Shown here in pieces: positions 9,883 through 19,994 of a DNA stretch of 64,000 nucleotides. Positions within the stretch are counted from its first letter, which is position 1. The number at the start of each line of letters is the position of its first letter. A program made the position numbers and the translations under genes. This DNA is from a bacterium (GTDB taxonomy: Bacteria > UBA10199 > 2-02-FULL-50-16 > JAJFLM01), in assembly GCA_965216315.1 (NCBI GenBank), contig CBDCFN010000015.1, positions 128,001 through 192,000 on the forward strand, written 5' to 3'. The notes under the pieces are model-generated. The model was given only the letters and a program-made list of their open reading frames with translations, was not told the DNA's origin and did no database searches.

Positions 9883-9895
9883 AATTGAGATCAAT

Positions 9896-10486
9896 ATGGC
9901 CACACGCAAAGCGCGCATTGAGCGCAAGACCAAAGAGACCGACATCAAACTCGAGATCCAACTCGATGGAACAGGGAGCTACGAGGTCCAGACGCCAATC
10001 CCCTTTTTCAATCACATGCTCGAGCTCTTCGGCAAACACGGCCTTTTTGAGTTCAAGGTCCAGGCCAGCGGAGACGTTGAGGTTGATGATCACCACCTTG
10101 TCGAGGACGTCGGGATATGTCTCGGTGAGGCCTTGCGTGAGGCTCTAGGCGACAAGAAGGGTATTCGCCGTTACGGCTTCTTTACGGTCCCGATGGACGA
10201 AACCCTGACAACGGTCACGGTCGATTTCAGTGATCGTCCGGCCTTTGTTTACAACACGCCTTTGAAAACCGGGCTCATCAAAGAGTTTGACGTCGAATTG
10301 GTCGAACACTTCTTCGAGTCGGTGTGCCAGTCCGCCCGCATCAATTTGCACGTCAATGTCCACTACGGCAAGAACAAGCACCACATCGCCGAGTCGATCT
10401 TTAAGGCTTTCGCCAAGGCGGTCGATGTCGCGACACAGATAGATCCTCGCACGGATGCCGTGCCTTCGACTAAGGGAAAACTGTAG
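9896..10486 (+). CDS. hisB: Imidazoleglycerol-phosphate dehydratase
   Basis: DDHHLVEDVG, PMDE, NKHHIAES, PSTKG. Confidence 0.98.
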   Translation: MATRKARIERKTKETDIKLEIQLDGTGSYEVQTPIPFFNHMLELFGKHGLFEFKVQASGDVEVDDHHLVEDVGICLGEALREALGDKKGIRRYGFFTVPMDETLTTVTVDFSDRPAFVYNTPLKTGLIKEFDVELVEHFFESVCQSARINLHVNVHYGKNKHHIAESIFKAFAKAVDVATQIDPRTDAVPSTKGKL

Positions 10487-10499
10487 GGGTGCTGCGCCG

Positions 10500-11108
10500 T
10501 CACAAGGCTACAAAATTCGACAATAGCTTGAGCCCGGCGGTTTGTGACTTTTCCGGGTGAAACTGGCACGCAAACAAGTTCCCGCGAGCCACGCTGGACA
10601 CGAAATTCTTGCCATATTTTGTCCGGGTCGCGACGACACTGCGCTGCGTCGGCACCACATAATAGGAGTGTACAAAGTAAAAATCCGTTCCACTGCGAAT
10701 ACCCTTGAGATAAGGCGTCGCATTGACGCGCTCGATCTGATTCCAACCCATGTGCGGAATCGTATATTTCTTCGGTAATTCAAAGCGTACGACTTTGCCG
10801 GGAAAGACACCGAGACATTTGTGCCGGCCAAATTCGTAACTCTCTTCAAAAAGACATTGAAAACCCAAGCAAATTCCCAGGAAGGGCTTGTCTTGATTAA
10901 TCGTCTCTAAAATTGGATCGATGAGTCGATATTCCTTCAAGTGCTTCATGCAGTCACCGATCGCACCAACACCTGGCAAGACAACCTTATCTGCACGTCG
11001 GATCGTCCGCGGCGAGCGGGTGACAACCGCCTTGCCACCGGCATGCTCGACGGCCTTCTGCACGCTACGCAGGTTCCCCATTCCGTAATCGATAATCGCA
11101 ATCGTCAT
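10500..11108 (-). CDS. hisH: IGP synthase glutaminase subunit
   Basis: DYGMGNL, GICLG, FYFVHSY, QFHPEKS. Confidence 0.98.
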   Translation of the reverse strand: MTIAIIDYGMGNLRSVQKAVEHAGGKAVVTRSPRTIRRADKVVLPGVGAIGDCMKHLKEYRLIDPILETINQDKPFLGICLGFQCLFEESYEFGRHKCLGVFPGKVVRFELPKKYTIPHMGWNQIERVNATPYLKGIRSGTDFYFVHSYYVVPTQRSVVATRTKYGKNFVSSVARGNLFACQFHPEKSQTAGLKLLSNFVAL

Positions 11109-11167
11109 TGAAAGGGGACCTCATCATTTTGAGGATCAGAGGTCAACTTGATAGGGAGAAGTAATGA

Positions 11168-12004
11168 TCAGTCAAATTCCTTCTCTTGAATCGATGCTTG
11201 CAAGATAGTCGTAATCTCTTCGACGCCGGCCCGCGGGTTTTCAGCACACGCAATGTCGAGTTGCTGGCAACGTACCCACAGGTTTTCATCCCAGCTTTCC
11301 AGATGACACCAAGCAATCATAAAGTCGCCGACGGACTCCTCATAACGAACAATAGAACTCTCATCGCACGCTGCTGAGACACGATTTTCTCTCTCGAGGA
11401 CCTTGCGACAGATCTCTGTAAGTTCGTGAATCTGCGCCTGCAACTGCTCACACTCATCCACCTTTCCTTCTGGCCAGTGTGCCAAACGGCATCTCGGCGG
11501 CATTGCATCTGAATCGATTTCAATGACTTGCTTCAAACTCGGCGTCTGTTCGAAGTCTTGACAGATTGTTAACATGCTACCATGGCACCTTTGCTTTAAG
11601 ACACGAAACCATTCCCTTTCGTCGCTGCACACACTCCAGGGCATCTCGTCATCATAGATCTTGAGTCGGCACCTTCTTTCACCGTTCTCTTGCCTGACAT
11701 CAACCGCTTCCCTGAAGGTCGACGAACGGATCTGCTTACACTCACGCAGGCTCGACAGCGTCTCACGCAGATCGTTATACCGCTCGAAATCAACACGCCG
11801 AATCTTCCTTTCAGGATTCGTACTCTCAGTCGCAGGGGGTCGATTGGGAGTCGTGGCAGCCGATTCTGCTGGCACATCGACTTCTGCATCATTCTCGGCC
11901 ATATCAATTGAGGTTGTGTCCAAATTCATTGGAGCCGTGGTCGGACAAGCGGACAGGGAGGTGAAAAAAACCAACGAAGCAACTAAACAGAGAACGCGTA
12001 TCAC
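11168..12004 (-). CDS. Cys-rich lipoprotein with three internal repeats
   Basis: Lipobox LSAC; 12 further Cys; RCRL, RCRL and WCHL repeats. Confidence 0.7.
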   Translation of the reverse strand: MIRVLCLVASLVFFTSLSACPTTAPMNLDTTSIDMAENDAEVDVPAESAATTPNRPPATESTNPERKIRRVDFERYNDLRETLSSLRECKQIRSSTFREAVDVRQENGERRCRLKIYDDEMPWSVCSDEREWFRVLKQRCHGSMLTICQDFEQTPSLKQVIEIDSDAMPPRCRLAHWPEGKVDECEQLQAQIHELTEICRKVLERENRVSAACDESSIVRYEESVGDFMIAWCHLESWDENLWVRCQQLDIACAENPRAGVEEITTILQASIQEKEFD

Positions 12005-12222
12005 TTATTCAGTTTGCCCTATATTCCTAGCTTTGGGAAGACAAAAGCTTTACAAGAATCGACGAACACAATTCAAAAAACCGAACTATTTCCTAATGTT
12101 AGCTTCATCAAGAATCGAAGGTTCGGTCATCTATTTCTGACCTATCCCGATATCAAAAAACCTGTGGTTTTCGACCCGGCAGCAGCGTAAAATCCTATCT
12201 AAGGATAGAGAGGGGGAATGAA

Positions 12223-12612
12223 ATGAAACTGACAATCTACACTTGTCTCGTCTTGTTATGTAGCATCAGCTTATGGTCCGTTCCAGCAGCAGCACAAATG
12301 CCCTTTGAAGATTGCTGTGTAGAAAACTGTGAAGATCTCGGTGGAGGAACCATTTCCTGCAATAACCTGTCTTTGGCGGCGTGTCTTGAACAGATCTTTC
12401 CCGTAACCGCAGCGAGCCGATTGGCTAATGAGGGAAATCGATCCTGTAAAGGCGCGGTAATGGAACATGACGGTGGTCCTTCATTATGTGGTGCTAACGA
12501 AATCGAATGCACAAATGGAGAATCGTCTTGGTGCTGTGAAGACGGCACTGGCTGTGTCGGTGGCTGTGGTCCATTTTTTGGAACATGCACGTTATCCTGC
12601 GGTAGTGGATGA
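12223..12612 (+). CDS. Small secreted Cys-rich protein
   Basis: Signal peptide ending AAA; 14 Cys in about 105 mature residues; purine-rich SD. Confidence 0.72.
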   Translation: MKLTIYTCLVLLCSISLWSVPAAAQMPFEDCCVENCEDLGGGTISCNNLSLAACLEQIFPVTAASRLANEGNRSCKGAVMEHDGGPSLCGANEIECTNGESSWCCEDGTGCVGGCGPFFGTCTLSCGSG

Positions 12613-12630
12613 ATTTTAAGCTTTACGGCC

Positions 12631-13887
12631 CTAAAATTTAACTTTGGTTCGCTTAATGCGCGCCCCGAGCTGCCGCAGTTTGTACTCGATGCGGTCATAA
12701 CCGCGGTCAATGTGATAGATGCGATGCACCTCGGTGAGCCCGTCAGCGGCAAGCCCGGCGAGAATCAAGGCCGCCGAGGCGCGAAGGTCTGAAGCCATCA
12801 CCGGCGCACCCGATAATTTTTTGACCCCCGTCACGATCGCACTGTTGCCCTCGATCTTAATATTCGCCCCCATGCGATTGAGTTCGGCGACGTGCATAAA
12901 GCGATTCTCAAAAATATTCTCCGCGATAATACTCGATCCCTCGGCCACACACATCAACGCCATGAATTGGGCCTGAAAATCCGTCGCAAACCCGGGGTAA
13001 GGGGCCGTACTGACATCCGTATAGCGAATGTGGTTCGGCCCTTTGACGCGAATTCCTTCATGAACTTCGGAAAACTCAACGCCAACTTCTTCTAGCTTGG
13101 CTACGAGAGCCTCGACGTGATCCATGCGACCATGCGAGAGCGTGATCGTGCTGCCGGTGATCGCCGCCGCAATCATAAAGGTCCCCATCTCAATGCGATC
13201 CGGAACAATCGAATGAGTCGTCCCTTTAAGGGAATCGACCCCTTGAATACGGATGGTATCCGTGCCAGCGCCTTCAATGATCGCCCCCATCCCTTTCAGA
13301 CATGCGGCGAGATCGGGAATCTCGGGTTCGCGCGCTGCATTCTCAAGCACCGTTTCTCCTTTGGCAAGGCAGGCCGCCATCATGATATTTTCCGTCCCGG
13401 TCACGGTCACATCATCAAAATAAATCTTGGCCCCATGGAGCCGCTTGGCCTTGGCGTAGACATATCCCTCCTTGATATCGATCTCCGCACCCATTTTCTT
13501 GAGGGCATCCAAATGCAGATTGATCGGTCGCGCCCCAATCGCACAACCGCCGGGCAAACTCACTTCGGCCCGGCCCATCCGTGCCAACAGCGGCCCCAAC
13601 GCCAATACGGAGGCACGCATCGTCTTCACTAATTCATACGGCGCCCGCACCTCACTCAACTGTTCCGGGTAAATCGTCAGGTGGCGCCCCCAAGAACAGC
13701 CACCGCCAAATTCTTCGATGAGCCGCAACGTCGTCTTAATATCTTGGAGCTTGGGAATGTTCTGAAATTTACTCGGCTCTTCCGACAACAGCGCCGCAAA
13801 AAGACAGGGCAGTGCCGCATTCTTGGCGCCACTAATCTTGACGGTTCCCTTGAGCTTTTTGCCACCTGCTATGACGATCTTTTGCAT
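12631..13887 (-). CDS. murA: UDP-N-acetylglucosamine 1-carboxyvinyltransferase
   Basis: [30 protein letters not shown]. Confidence 0.98.
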   Translation of the reverse strand: MQKIVIAGGKKLKGTVKISGAKNAALPCLFAALLSEEPSKFQNIPKLQDIKTTLRLIEEFGGGCSWGRHLTIYPEQLSEVRAPYELVKTMRASVLALGPLLARMGRAEVSLPGGCAIGARPINLHLDALKKMGAEIDIKEGYVYAKAKRLHGAKIYFDDVTVTGTENIMMAACLAKGETVLENAAREPEIPDLAACLKGMGAIIEGAGTDTIRIQGVDSLKGTTHSIVPDRIEMGTFMIAAAITGSTITLSHGRMDHVEALVAKLEEVGVEFSEVHEGIRVKGPNHIRYTDVSTAPYPGFATDFQAQFMALMCVAEGSSIIAENIFENRFMHVAELNRMGANIKIEGNSAIVTGVKKLSGAPVMASDLRASAALILAGLAADGLTEVHRIYHIDRGYDRIEYKLRQLGARIKRTKVKF

Positions 13888-13895
13888 ACCCTGCT

Positions 13896-14810
13896 CTAGC
13901 CCATTGCCTTACGGCGCGCAATCACGATTCGATCCTGTCCGGCCAGATCCGCCTTGACCTCGACCGCCTCGCACCAATCCTGCGCACTAAAAAGCGCTTG
14001 AATCGTGCTCCCTTGATCACTTCCTATTTCCCCAACAAAATGGCCTCCCGCTGCCAAACGATCACTGAGCCCGGACACAATCTGGCGATAGACAGCCAGC
14101 CCGTCGGCACCACCATCGAGGGCCTGTTTAGGCTCCCATTCATAAACTTCGATTTGGAGCGTCGCGAGTTCATCGCTGCGTATATAAGGGGGATTAGAAA
14201 CAATTAATGGAAACGTCAGGACGCCGCCTGCTGCGTCCTGACCCGGGAACAAGTCCGTCTCGACAAATTCTATCTGCTCTCCCACTCCGTTCAATTGGGC
14301 ATTCTCACGGGCCAAGGCTAAGGCAGGCAATGAAGTATCTGTCGCGATAATTTTGACATCCGGTACGTTCTTGGCCAACGCGATTGCGATGCATCCGGAA
14401 CCGGTACCGATGTCGAGGACCTCTCCCGACCGCCTCTCGGCAGCTACCCTCTCCTTACCAAGGAGAGGGGCTGGGGGTGAGGTCTTCAACGCCTCTTCGA
14501 CTAACAATTCTGTCTCCGGCCGCGGAATCAAGACGTCCGCATTGAGCCGAATGGGCAGTCCATAAAATTCCGTATCGCCCATAATATATTGCAGTGGTTC
14601 ACGCCGCGCGCGGCGTTCGACATAGCTGCGATACTGAGCTAATTCTTTGGCCTGGACAGGCCTGTTATACTGGGCATAGAGGTCAATCCGCTGACAACCC
14701 AAGGTCGCCGCCAGCAGATGCTCGGCATCCAAACGTGGATTGGGAACGTCTTTCTTTGCAAAAAAATCCGCCGTCCATTCGATTAATTTCAATGACGTCC
14801 ATTGCTCCAT
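13896..14810 (-). CDS. prmC: Release factor glutamine methyltransferase with in-frame palindromic insert
   Basis: VLIPRPETE, LDIGTGSG, SNPPY; follows prfA. Confidence 0.95.
   Translation of the reverse strand: MEQWTSLKLIEWTADFFAKKDVPNPRLDAEHLLAATLGCQRIDLYAQYNRPVQAKELAQYRSYVERRARREPLQYIMGDTEFYGLPIRLNADVLIPRPETELLVEEALKTSPPAPLLGKERVAAERRSGEVLDIGTGSGCIAIALAKNVPDVKIIATDTSLPALALARENAQLNGVGEQIEFVETDLFPGQDAAGGVLTFPLIVSNPPYIRSDELATLQIEVYEWEPKQALDGGADGLAVYRQIVSGLSDRLAAGGHFVGEIGSDQGSTIQALFSAQDWCEAVEVKADLAGQDRIVIARRKAMG
14416..14486. repeat. In-frame palindromic element inside prmC
   Basis: Terminal pairing aggacctc/gaggtctt; internal ccctctcctt-acc-aaggagaggg hairpin; encodes KTSPPAPLLGKERVAAERRSGEV. 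Confidence 0.75.
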
Positions 14811-14815
14811 AATCA

Positions 14816-15880
14816 CTACGCCTCGGCCTTGAGGGCTTCGGCTTGAAAAAAAGTCCGCAACGAAACGATCACTTCTTCCAGTTCCCCTTCCATCACCCGA
14901 TCTAATTTTTTTAAAGTGAGACCGATGCGATGATCCGTGACTCGATTCTGCGGATAATTATAAGTGCGAATTTTTTCAGAACGATCGCCCGATCCCACCA
15001 TCCCTTTTCGAGTCTCGCGTCGCTCGGACGCCAACTTCTCTTCTTCGGCCGCCAGCAAACGACTCTTAAGAACCTTGAGGGCCTTGGCCTTATTCTTGAT
15101 TTGGGAACGCTCATCGCGACAGGTCACGACCACTCCCGTCGGTTTATGCGTAATGCGCACGGCGGAGTCCGTCGTATTGACGCCTTGACCACCGGGGCCT
15201 GAGGCCCGAAAAACATCAATTTGCAGATCATCGTCTTTGACGGCGATGTCGACATCCTCGGCCTCTGCCAGTACGGCTACCGAAACGGCTGAGGTATGAA
15301 CACGTCCCTGCGACTCTGTCTCCGGCACACGTTGGACGCGATGCACGCCACTCTCGTATTTAAAATCACTATAGACGTGATCCCCGTTAATAATCGCAAT
15401 CGCCTCTTTAAAACCGCCGACCGTCCCCTCGCTCACATCCGTCAGTTGAATACTCCAGCCTTTGGATTCGCAGTATCGTTGATACATACGCAACAGGTCG
15501 GCAACAAAGAGACAAGCCTCATCCCCCCCGGTCCCGGCACGGATTTCCAAAATAACATTCTTGTCGTCATGCGGATCCTTAGGCAGCAGGAGGATCTTCA
15601 GCTCTTCTTCGAGTGCGGTCTTACGCGTTTCCAGGTCCGGAATCTCCGCCTTGGCAAGCTCGCGCATTTCTTCGTCGGAATCTTTGAGTAATCCCCTGTT
15701 GTCATCTAACTCCTGCTCGACCTTTTTATATTCACGATACGTCGCCACCAGCTCGCGCATCGACGCGTGCTCTTTGGCGATTTTTTTGTAGGCGTTTTGA
15801 TCCTGGACAATATTGGGATCTTGCAACTGTTGATCGAGCGCATCAAACTTGGCTTCGATATCTGCAAGTTTCTCGAGCAT
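14816..15880 (-). CDS. prfA: Peptide chain release factor 1
   Basis: GGQ motif, PET specificity tripeptide, GSGDRSEKIRTYN. Confidence 0.98.
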   Translation of the reverse strand: MLEKLADIEAKFDALDQQLQDPNIVQDQNAYKKIAKEHASMRELVATYREYKKVEQELDDNRGLLKDSDEEMRELAKAEIPDLETRKTALEEELKILLLPKDPHDDKNVILEIRAGTGGDEACLFVADLLRMYQRYCESKGWSIQLTDVSEGTVGGFKEAIAIINGDHVYSDFKYESGVHRVQRVPETESQGRVHTSAVSVAVLAEAEDVDIAVKDDDLQIDVFRASGPGGQGVNTTDSAVRITHKPTGVVVTCRDERSQIKNKAKALKVLKSRLLAAEEEKLASERRETRKGMVGSGDRSEKIRTYNYPQNRVTDHRIGLTLKKLDRVMEGELEEVIVSLRTFFQAEALKAEA

Positions 15881-16013
15881 CTTATTGGGGTCCCCGTTTG
15901 CCGTGGAATGTGGCTACTCGCATCATTGATAATCTTTGGCCCCGGCTCCGATGAACCCCAAGCCCCACGTCAAAGACCGGCAAAGCCGGATCTTTGACTT
16001 TGCCAATACAGCG

Positions 16014-16247
16014 CTAACTTTCTTTGGTTTCTTTGGCTGATTTGCCGCTTTGTTTTGCGTAACGCTGGCGGAAACGCTCAACACGTCCGGCGGTATCGAC
16101 GAGCTTTTGCTTGCCGGTAAAGAAGGGATGGCAGGCCGAGCAGATCGCGATCGATTGATCGTCGGTGGTCGAATAGGTCTCGATCACATTGCCGCAGGCA
16201 CAATTGACCTTGGTCGGTTTATATTCTGGATGAATCCCTTCACGCAT
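16014..16247 (-). CDS. rpmE: 50S ribosomal protein L31 (Zn-binding type)
   Basis: [26 protein letters not shown]. Confidence 0.97.
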   Translation of the reverse strand: MREGIHPEYKPTKVNCACGNVIETYSTTDDQSIAICSACHPFFTGKQKLVDTAGRVERFRQRYAKQSGKSAKETKES

Positions 16248-16315
16248 AGGCGGGGAGGAGTATCAGTTGAGTCTTAGATTTTCAAGCGAATTTAAAGGGT
16301 TTTTAGGGGGTTTGC

Positions 16316-16633
16316 TTAGCTTTCAATATTTTCGGCAAGAATTTGCTGGAGCAAGGCATCTTCGGGGCGACTGGCCTTAATATGTCTCCCGCCGGCTTGG
16401 AGGCCTTGGAGGCCGGCAACAGAACGCGGCGCCGGCGCGCTCATCGTGAAATTATCACCGCGCTTCTTGGTCGCAACGGTCTCAGGGTCAACCCTCAGGC
16501 CCAGTTTGACCAACATCCGCTGGGTCCAAGTCGTGCGCTGAGGCGTTTCCGACTCAACATTCCGCTGGTAGGCGTACTGATTATTTTGTGCGCCGGTCAG
16601 AAACCCATTCGTGTAGACGTTATTACCTGCCAT
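16316..16633 (-). CDS. Hypothetical protein, sigma54-promoted
   Basis: 105-aa ORF filling the gap, directly downstream of a consensus sigma54 site. Confidence 0.65.
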   Translation of the reverse strand: MAGNNVYTNGFLTGAQNNQYAYQRNVESETPQRTTWTQRMLVKLGLRVDPETVATKKRGDNFTMSAPAPRSVAGLQGLQAGGRHIKASRPEDALLQQILAENIES

Positions 16634-16649
16634 TTCACCCTTCTATAAA

Positions 16650-16664
16650 GCAAAGCCCGTGCCA
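16650..16664 (-). promoter_or_regulatory. sigma54 -24/-12 promoter
   Basis: TGGCAC-gggct-TTGC on the minus strand; IHF-like box at 16699-16719. Confidence 0.8.
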
Positions 16665-16854
16665 ATTACCCCTAGAACTCGCTATTTTTTAATACCTGTA
16701 AGTGGCTGTAATTAATGGATTTTATTGGAAAACTGTGGACTAACTGGCATGCACACCACCCCCAAACGTCCTAAAATGGGGTATCAGGACTCCACATTGG
16801 GACTCGTGACCTCGATTGACAGCAGGGCGGCCTCCAAGGGAAAACTCACAGACG

Positions 16855-17985
16855 ATGGACTATCAAGCCACTCTCACCCAGCTCCGTAAACAGGGACTCT
16901 ACCGGGAACTCGACGAAGTCGAGGGCCCCCAAGACGCCGCAATCGTGATCCAGGGCCAGCCCTATCTGAACTTCTCAAGCAACAATTACCTCGGCCTGGC
17001 GACAGATCCACGTCTGGCCGCCGCGGCCGCGGCCGCCACCGATCGCTATGGCTGGGGGGCCGGATCGGCGGCCTTGATCAGCGGTCAAATGAGCCCACAC
17101 GAACAATTGCGCCGTGCCCTGGGCGCGTTCTTTTCTGCCGAGGCCGCACTCCTCTTCAACTCAGGTTATCATGCCAATGTGGGAGCCATCCCGGCGCTGG
17201 TCGGCCCGTCAGACCTGCTTTTTTCCGATGCGTTGAATCACGCCTCGCTTATCGATGGCTGTCGCCTGGCCCGTTGTCCCACGCATATTTACCGTCATGG
17301 CGACACCGATCACTTAGCTGAACTCCTCGAACAACATCCCGCGACCGGTGAACGCTGGATCATTACCGAGTCGGTGTTCTCGATGGATGGCGATCAGGCC
17401 CCACTTGAAGCCATCGCCCAACTCGCCACGCAATATAATGCCAATATTTATCTTGATGAGGCCCACGCCGTCGGTGTGTTCGGAGAACAGGGACGAGGCC
17501 TATGGGAAACCGTAGAAACACCGCTTGCTGCGCCTAATATCATCCGCATGGGCACCTTCGGCAAGGCGCTAGGATCCTATGGCGCCTTTGTCCTTGGCAG
17601 TTCCGATAGCATCGAATATCTTCTCAATCGCGCGCGAACATTTATTTATACAACGGCGCTACCGCCCGCCGTCACCGCGGTCAATCACTGTGCCTTGGAA
17701 ATAGTCGCAACCGAGCCGGAACGACAGATGCAATTGTGGCAACATGTGCACCACTTCGCCGATGAACTGGAAATCAAAGCGGAATCACCGATCATCCCCT
17801 GGATCATTCCCGGCAATGAAGAGGTCGTAACCGCAGGAAAGAAATTGCGTAACGCCGGCTTTTTGGTCCGCGCGATACGCAGCCCGACGGTGCCCGTCGG
17901 CAAAGAGCGTTTGCGCATCACTTTGTCGGCAATGCATACCGAGGAACAGGTAGAGAAACTTATTAACGCGATTAAAACCATTTAG
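16855..17985 (+). CDS. bioF: 8-amino-7-oxononanoate synthase
   Basis: FSSNNYLGL, SGYHAN, NHASLIDG, DEAH, GTFGKALG. Confidence 0.96.
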   Translation: MDYQATLTQLRKQGLYRELDEVEGPQDAAIVIQGQPYLNFSSNNYLGLATDPRLAAAAAAATDRYGWGAGSAALISGQMSPHEQLRRALGAFFSAEAALLFNSGYHANVGAIPALVGPSDLLFSDALNHASLIDGCRLARCPTHIYRHGDTDHLAELLEQHPATGERWIITESVFSMDGDQAPLEAIAQLATQYNANIYLDEAHAVGVFGEQGRGLWETVETPLAAPNIIRMGTFGKALGSYGAFVLGSSDSIEYLLNRARTFIYTTALPPAVTAVNHCALEIVATEPERQMQLWQHVHHFADELEIKAESPIIPWIIPGNEEVVTAGKKLRNAGFLVRAIRSPTVPVGKERLRITLSAMHTEEQVEKLINAIKTI

Positions 17986-19323
17986 ATGGACAAGAAAACC
18001 TTAAAAGATCTCGATCGCGAACTCATCTGGCACCCCTTTACCCAGATGGCCGACTACCGGACGGAAGAACCGGTCATCATCGAACGCGGCGAAGGCGTCT
18101 ATCTAGTGGATACCGATAACAATCGCTACCTCGACGGCGTCTCGTCACTCTGGGTTAATGTCCACGGTCACCGGCATCCCAAACTCGATGCGGCCCTCAA
18201 GACGCAAACAGAGAAAGTCGCCCATTCGACCCTACTCGGCCTCTCCAATGTTCCCTCGATTGAATATGCGGAAGCCCTTTTGCAAGTCGCGCCTCAAAAT
18301 TTATCCCATGTTTTTTATTCAGATAGTGGTTCCACCGCAGTGGAAATAGCCCTCAAGATTGCCTTCCAATACTTCCAGCAAACCGGCCACAAAGACAAAA
18401 CCAAGTTTATCTCCTTTGAGAATGCCTATCATGGAGATACGATCGGATCGATCGGCGTTGGAGGAATTGAACTCTTTCACTCACTCTATCGCCCCCTCCT
18501 CTTCGAGGCGTTCCGAGCCCCACACCCCTACCCCTATCGAGACAATAAGACACCCGAGCAAAGTCGGGACGATTGTCTTGCTCAATTGGAACAAATGCTG
18601 CGCGACCACCACGAAACGATTGCCGCCTGCATCCTCGAACCACTGGTGCAAGGCGCCGCTGGCATCATTACGGCACCGGAAGGCTTCTTGAAAGGGGTGC
18701 GCGCTCTCTGCAGTCAGTACAATGTCCTCCTCATTTTGGACGAGGTCGCCACCGGCTTCGGACGCACAGGAACCTTATTTGCCTGCGAACAAGAAGAAGT
18801 CGAGCCGGACATCATGTGTGCCGCCAAGGGGATTACCGGCGGCTACCTGCCATTGGCCGTCACGTTGACGACCGATGCCATTCATCAGGGCTTTCTTGGT
18901 CATTATGAGGAACTCAAGACTTTCTTTCACGGACACACCTACACAGGCAATCCGTTGGCCTGTGCTGTCGCCAAGGCCAGCCTGGAACTCTTCAAAGAGG
19001 AAGAGACACTCAAGAATGTGCAGGCGCGAAGCGCCCAGCTCGCTGAAGAACTCAGCCGCTTTAAGGAATTGTCTGCCGTCGGCGACGTCCGGCAGCGTGG
19101 TCTCATGGCGGGAATCGAACTCGTAGCAAACCACGATACGAAAGCGCCCTACCCTCTGGCGGATAAAATCCCGCACCAAATTGTCATCGCAGCGCGGAAA
19201 CGTGGCCTTATCATCCGACCCTTGGGCCCCGTAATGGTCTTGATGCCGCCGTTGTGTATTAGTGAAGATGAATTAAAGAATGTTTGCGAGATTATTTTTG
19301 AATCAATTAAAGAAATTACATGA
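17986..19323 (+). CDS. bioA: Adenosylmethionine-8-amino-7-oxononanoate aminotransferase
   Basis: WHPFTQM, YHGDT, DEVATGFGRTG, AKGITGGYLP. Confidence 0.97.
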   Translation: MDKKTLKDLDRELIWHPFTQMADYRTEEPVIIERGEGVYLVDTDNNRYLDGVSSLWVNVHGHRHPKLDAALKTQTEKVAHSTLLGLSNVPSIEYAEALLQVAPQNLSHVFYSDSGSTAVEIALKIAFQYFQQTGHKDKTKFISFENAYHGDTIGSIGVGGIELFHSLYRPLLFEAFRAPHPYPYRDNKTPEQSRDDCLAQLEQMLRDHHETIAACILEPLVQGAAGIITAPEGFLKGVRALCSQYNVLLILDEVATGFGRTGTLFACEQEEVEPDIMCAAKGITGGYLPLAVTLTTDAIHQGFLGHYEELKTFFHGHTYTGNPLACAVAKASLELFKEEETLKNVQARSAQLAEELSRFKELSAVGDVRQRGLMAGIELVANHDTKAPYPLADKIPHQIVIAARKRGLIIRPLGPVMVLMPPLCISEDELKNVCEIIFESIKEIT

Positions 19324-19991
19324 ATAAAGCCTTCTACATCATCGGCACCGACACTTCCTGCGGCAAAACCCTCGTCACCGGCGCTATGGCTGCTTATTTG
19401 CAGAGCATGGGACGCGATGTCGGTGTCATGAAGCCTTTCGAGTCGGCATGTGAAGATTCGGCCTTCCTCAAGGCAATGGCCGGATGTAATGACCCGATTG
19501 AAACAATCAACCCGTATCACTATGACGAGCCGCTTGCGCCCGCAGTCGCCGCCGAAAGAGCCGGTCTCAGTGCTGATTTTGAACACGTCATCACCAGCTT
19601 TAATCAACTCCGGGAACGCCACGATATTCTGCTTGCCGAAGGGGCAGGCGGATTACTGGTTCCACTGGTCGAAACAAAGACTCACGTCGAATTATTGAAG
19701 GAACTCAGAGTCCCGGTGCTGCTTGTAGCTAGGCTTGGTCTTGGAACAATTAACCATACCTTGCTGACAATGGACGTACTCAAGCGGAATTATATTCCGT
19801 GTTATGGAGTGATTCTCAATGAGACTACACCGGCCTCCAGCGTGGCTGAAAAAACAAATCCTCAGGTCCTGAGCGATTATTATCAGATTCCACTGCTGGG
19901 AACCTATTCGCACTTAGAGGATATAAGTGATAAGCAGGCCTTAATCGCTGCCTTGCCTGATACGTTGAAAAATTATCTCAATAAATTATAG
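19320..19991 (+). CDS. bioD: Dethiobiotin synthase
   Basis: GTDTSCGKT, EGAGG, LGTINHT. Confidence 0.96.
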   Translation: MNKAFYIIGTDTSCGKTLVTGAMAAYLQSMGRDVGVMKPFESACEDSAFLKAMAGCNDPIETINPYHYDEPLAPAVAAERAGLSADFEHVITSFNQLRERHDILLAEGAGGLLVPLVETKTHVELLKELRVPVLLVARLGLGTINHTLLTMDVLKRNYIPCYGVILNETTPASSVAEKTNPQVLSDYYQIPLLGTYSHLEDISDKQALIAALPDTLKNYLNKL

Positions 19992-19994
19992 GGG

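Noticed and set aside
12140..12222. Possible riboswitch in the leader of the Cys-rich gene
   Set aside because: Only short stems; no recognisable aptamer consensus.
16770..16815. TGGGG-rich tracts upstream of sigma54 promoters (also near 49350 and 53705) as a shared enhancer
   Set aside because: Similarity is too loose to define by eye; it needs motif statistics.
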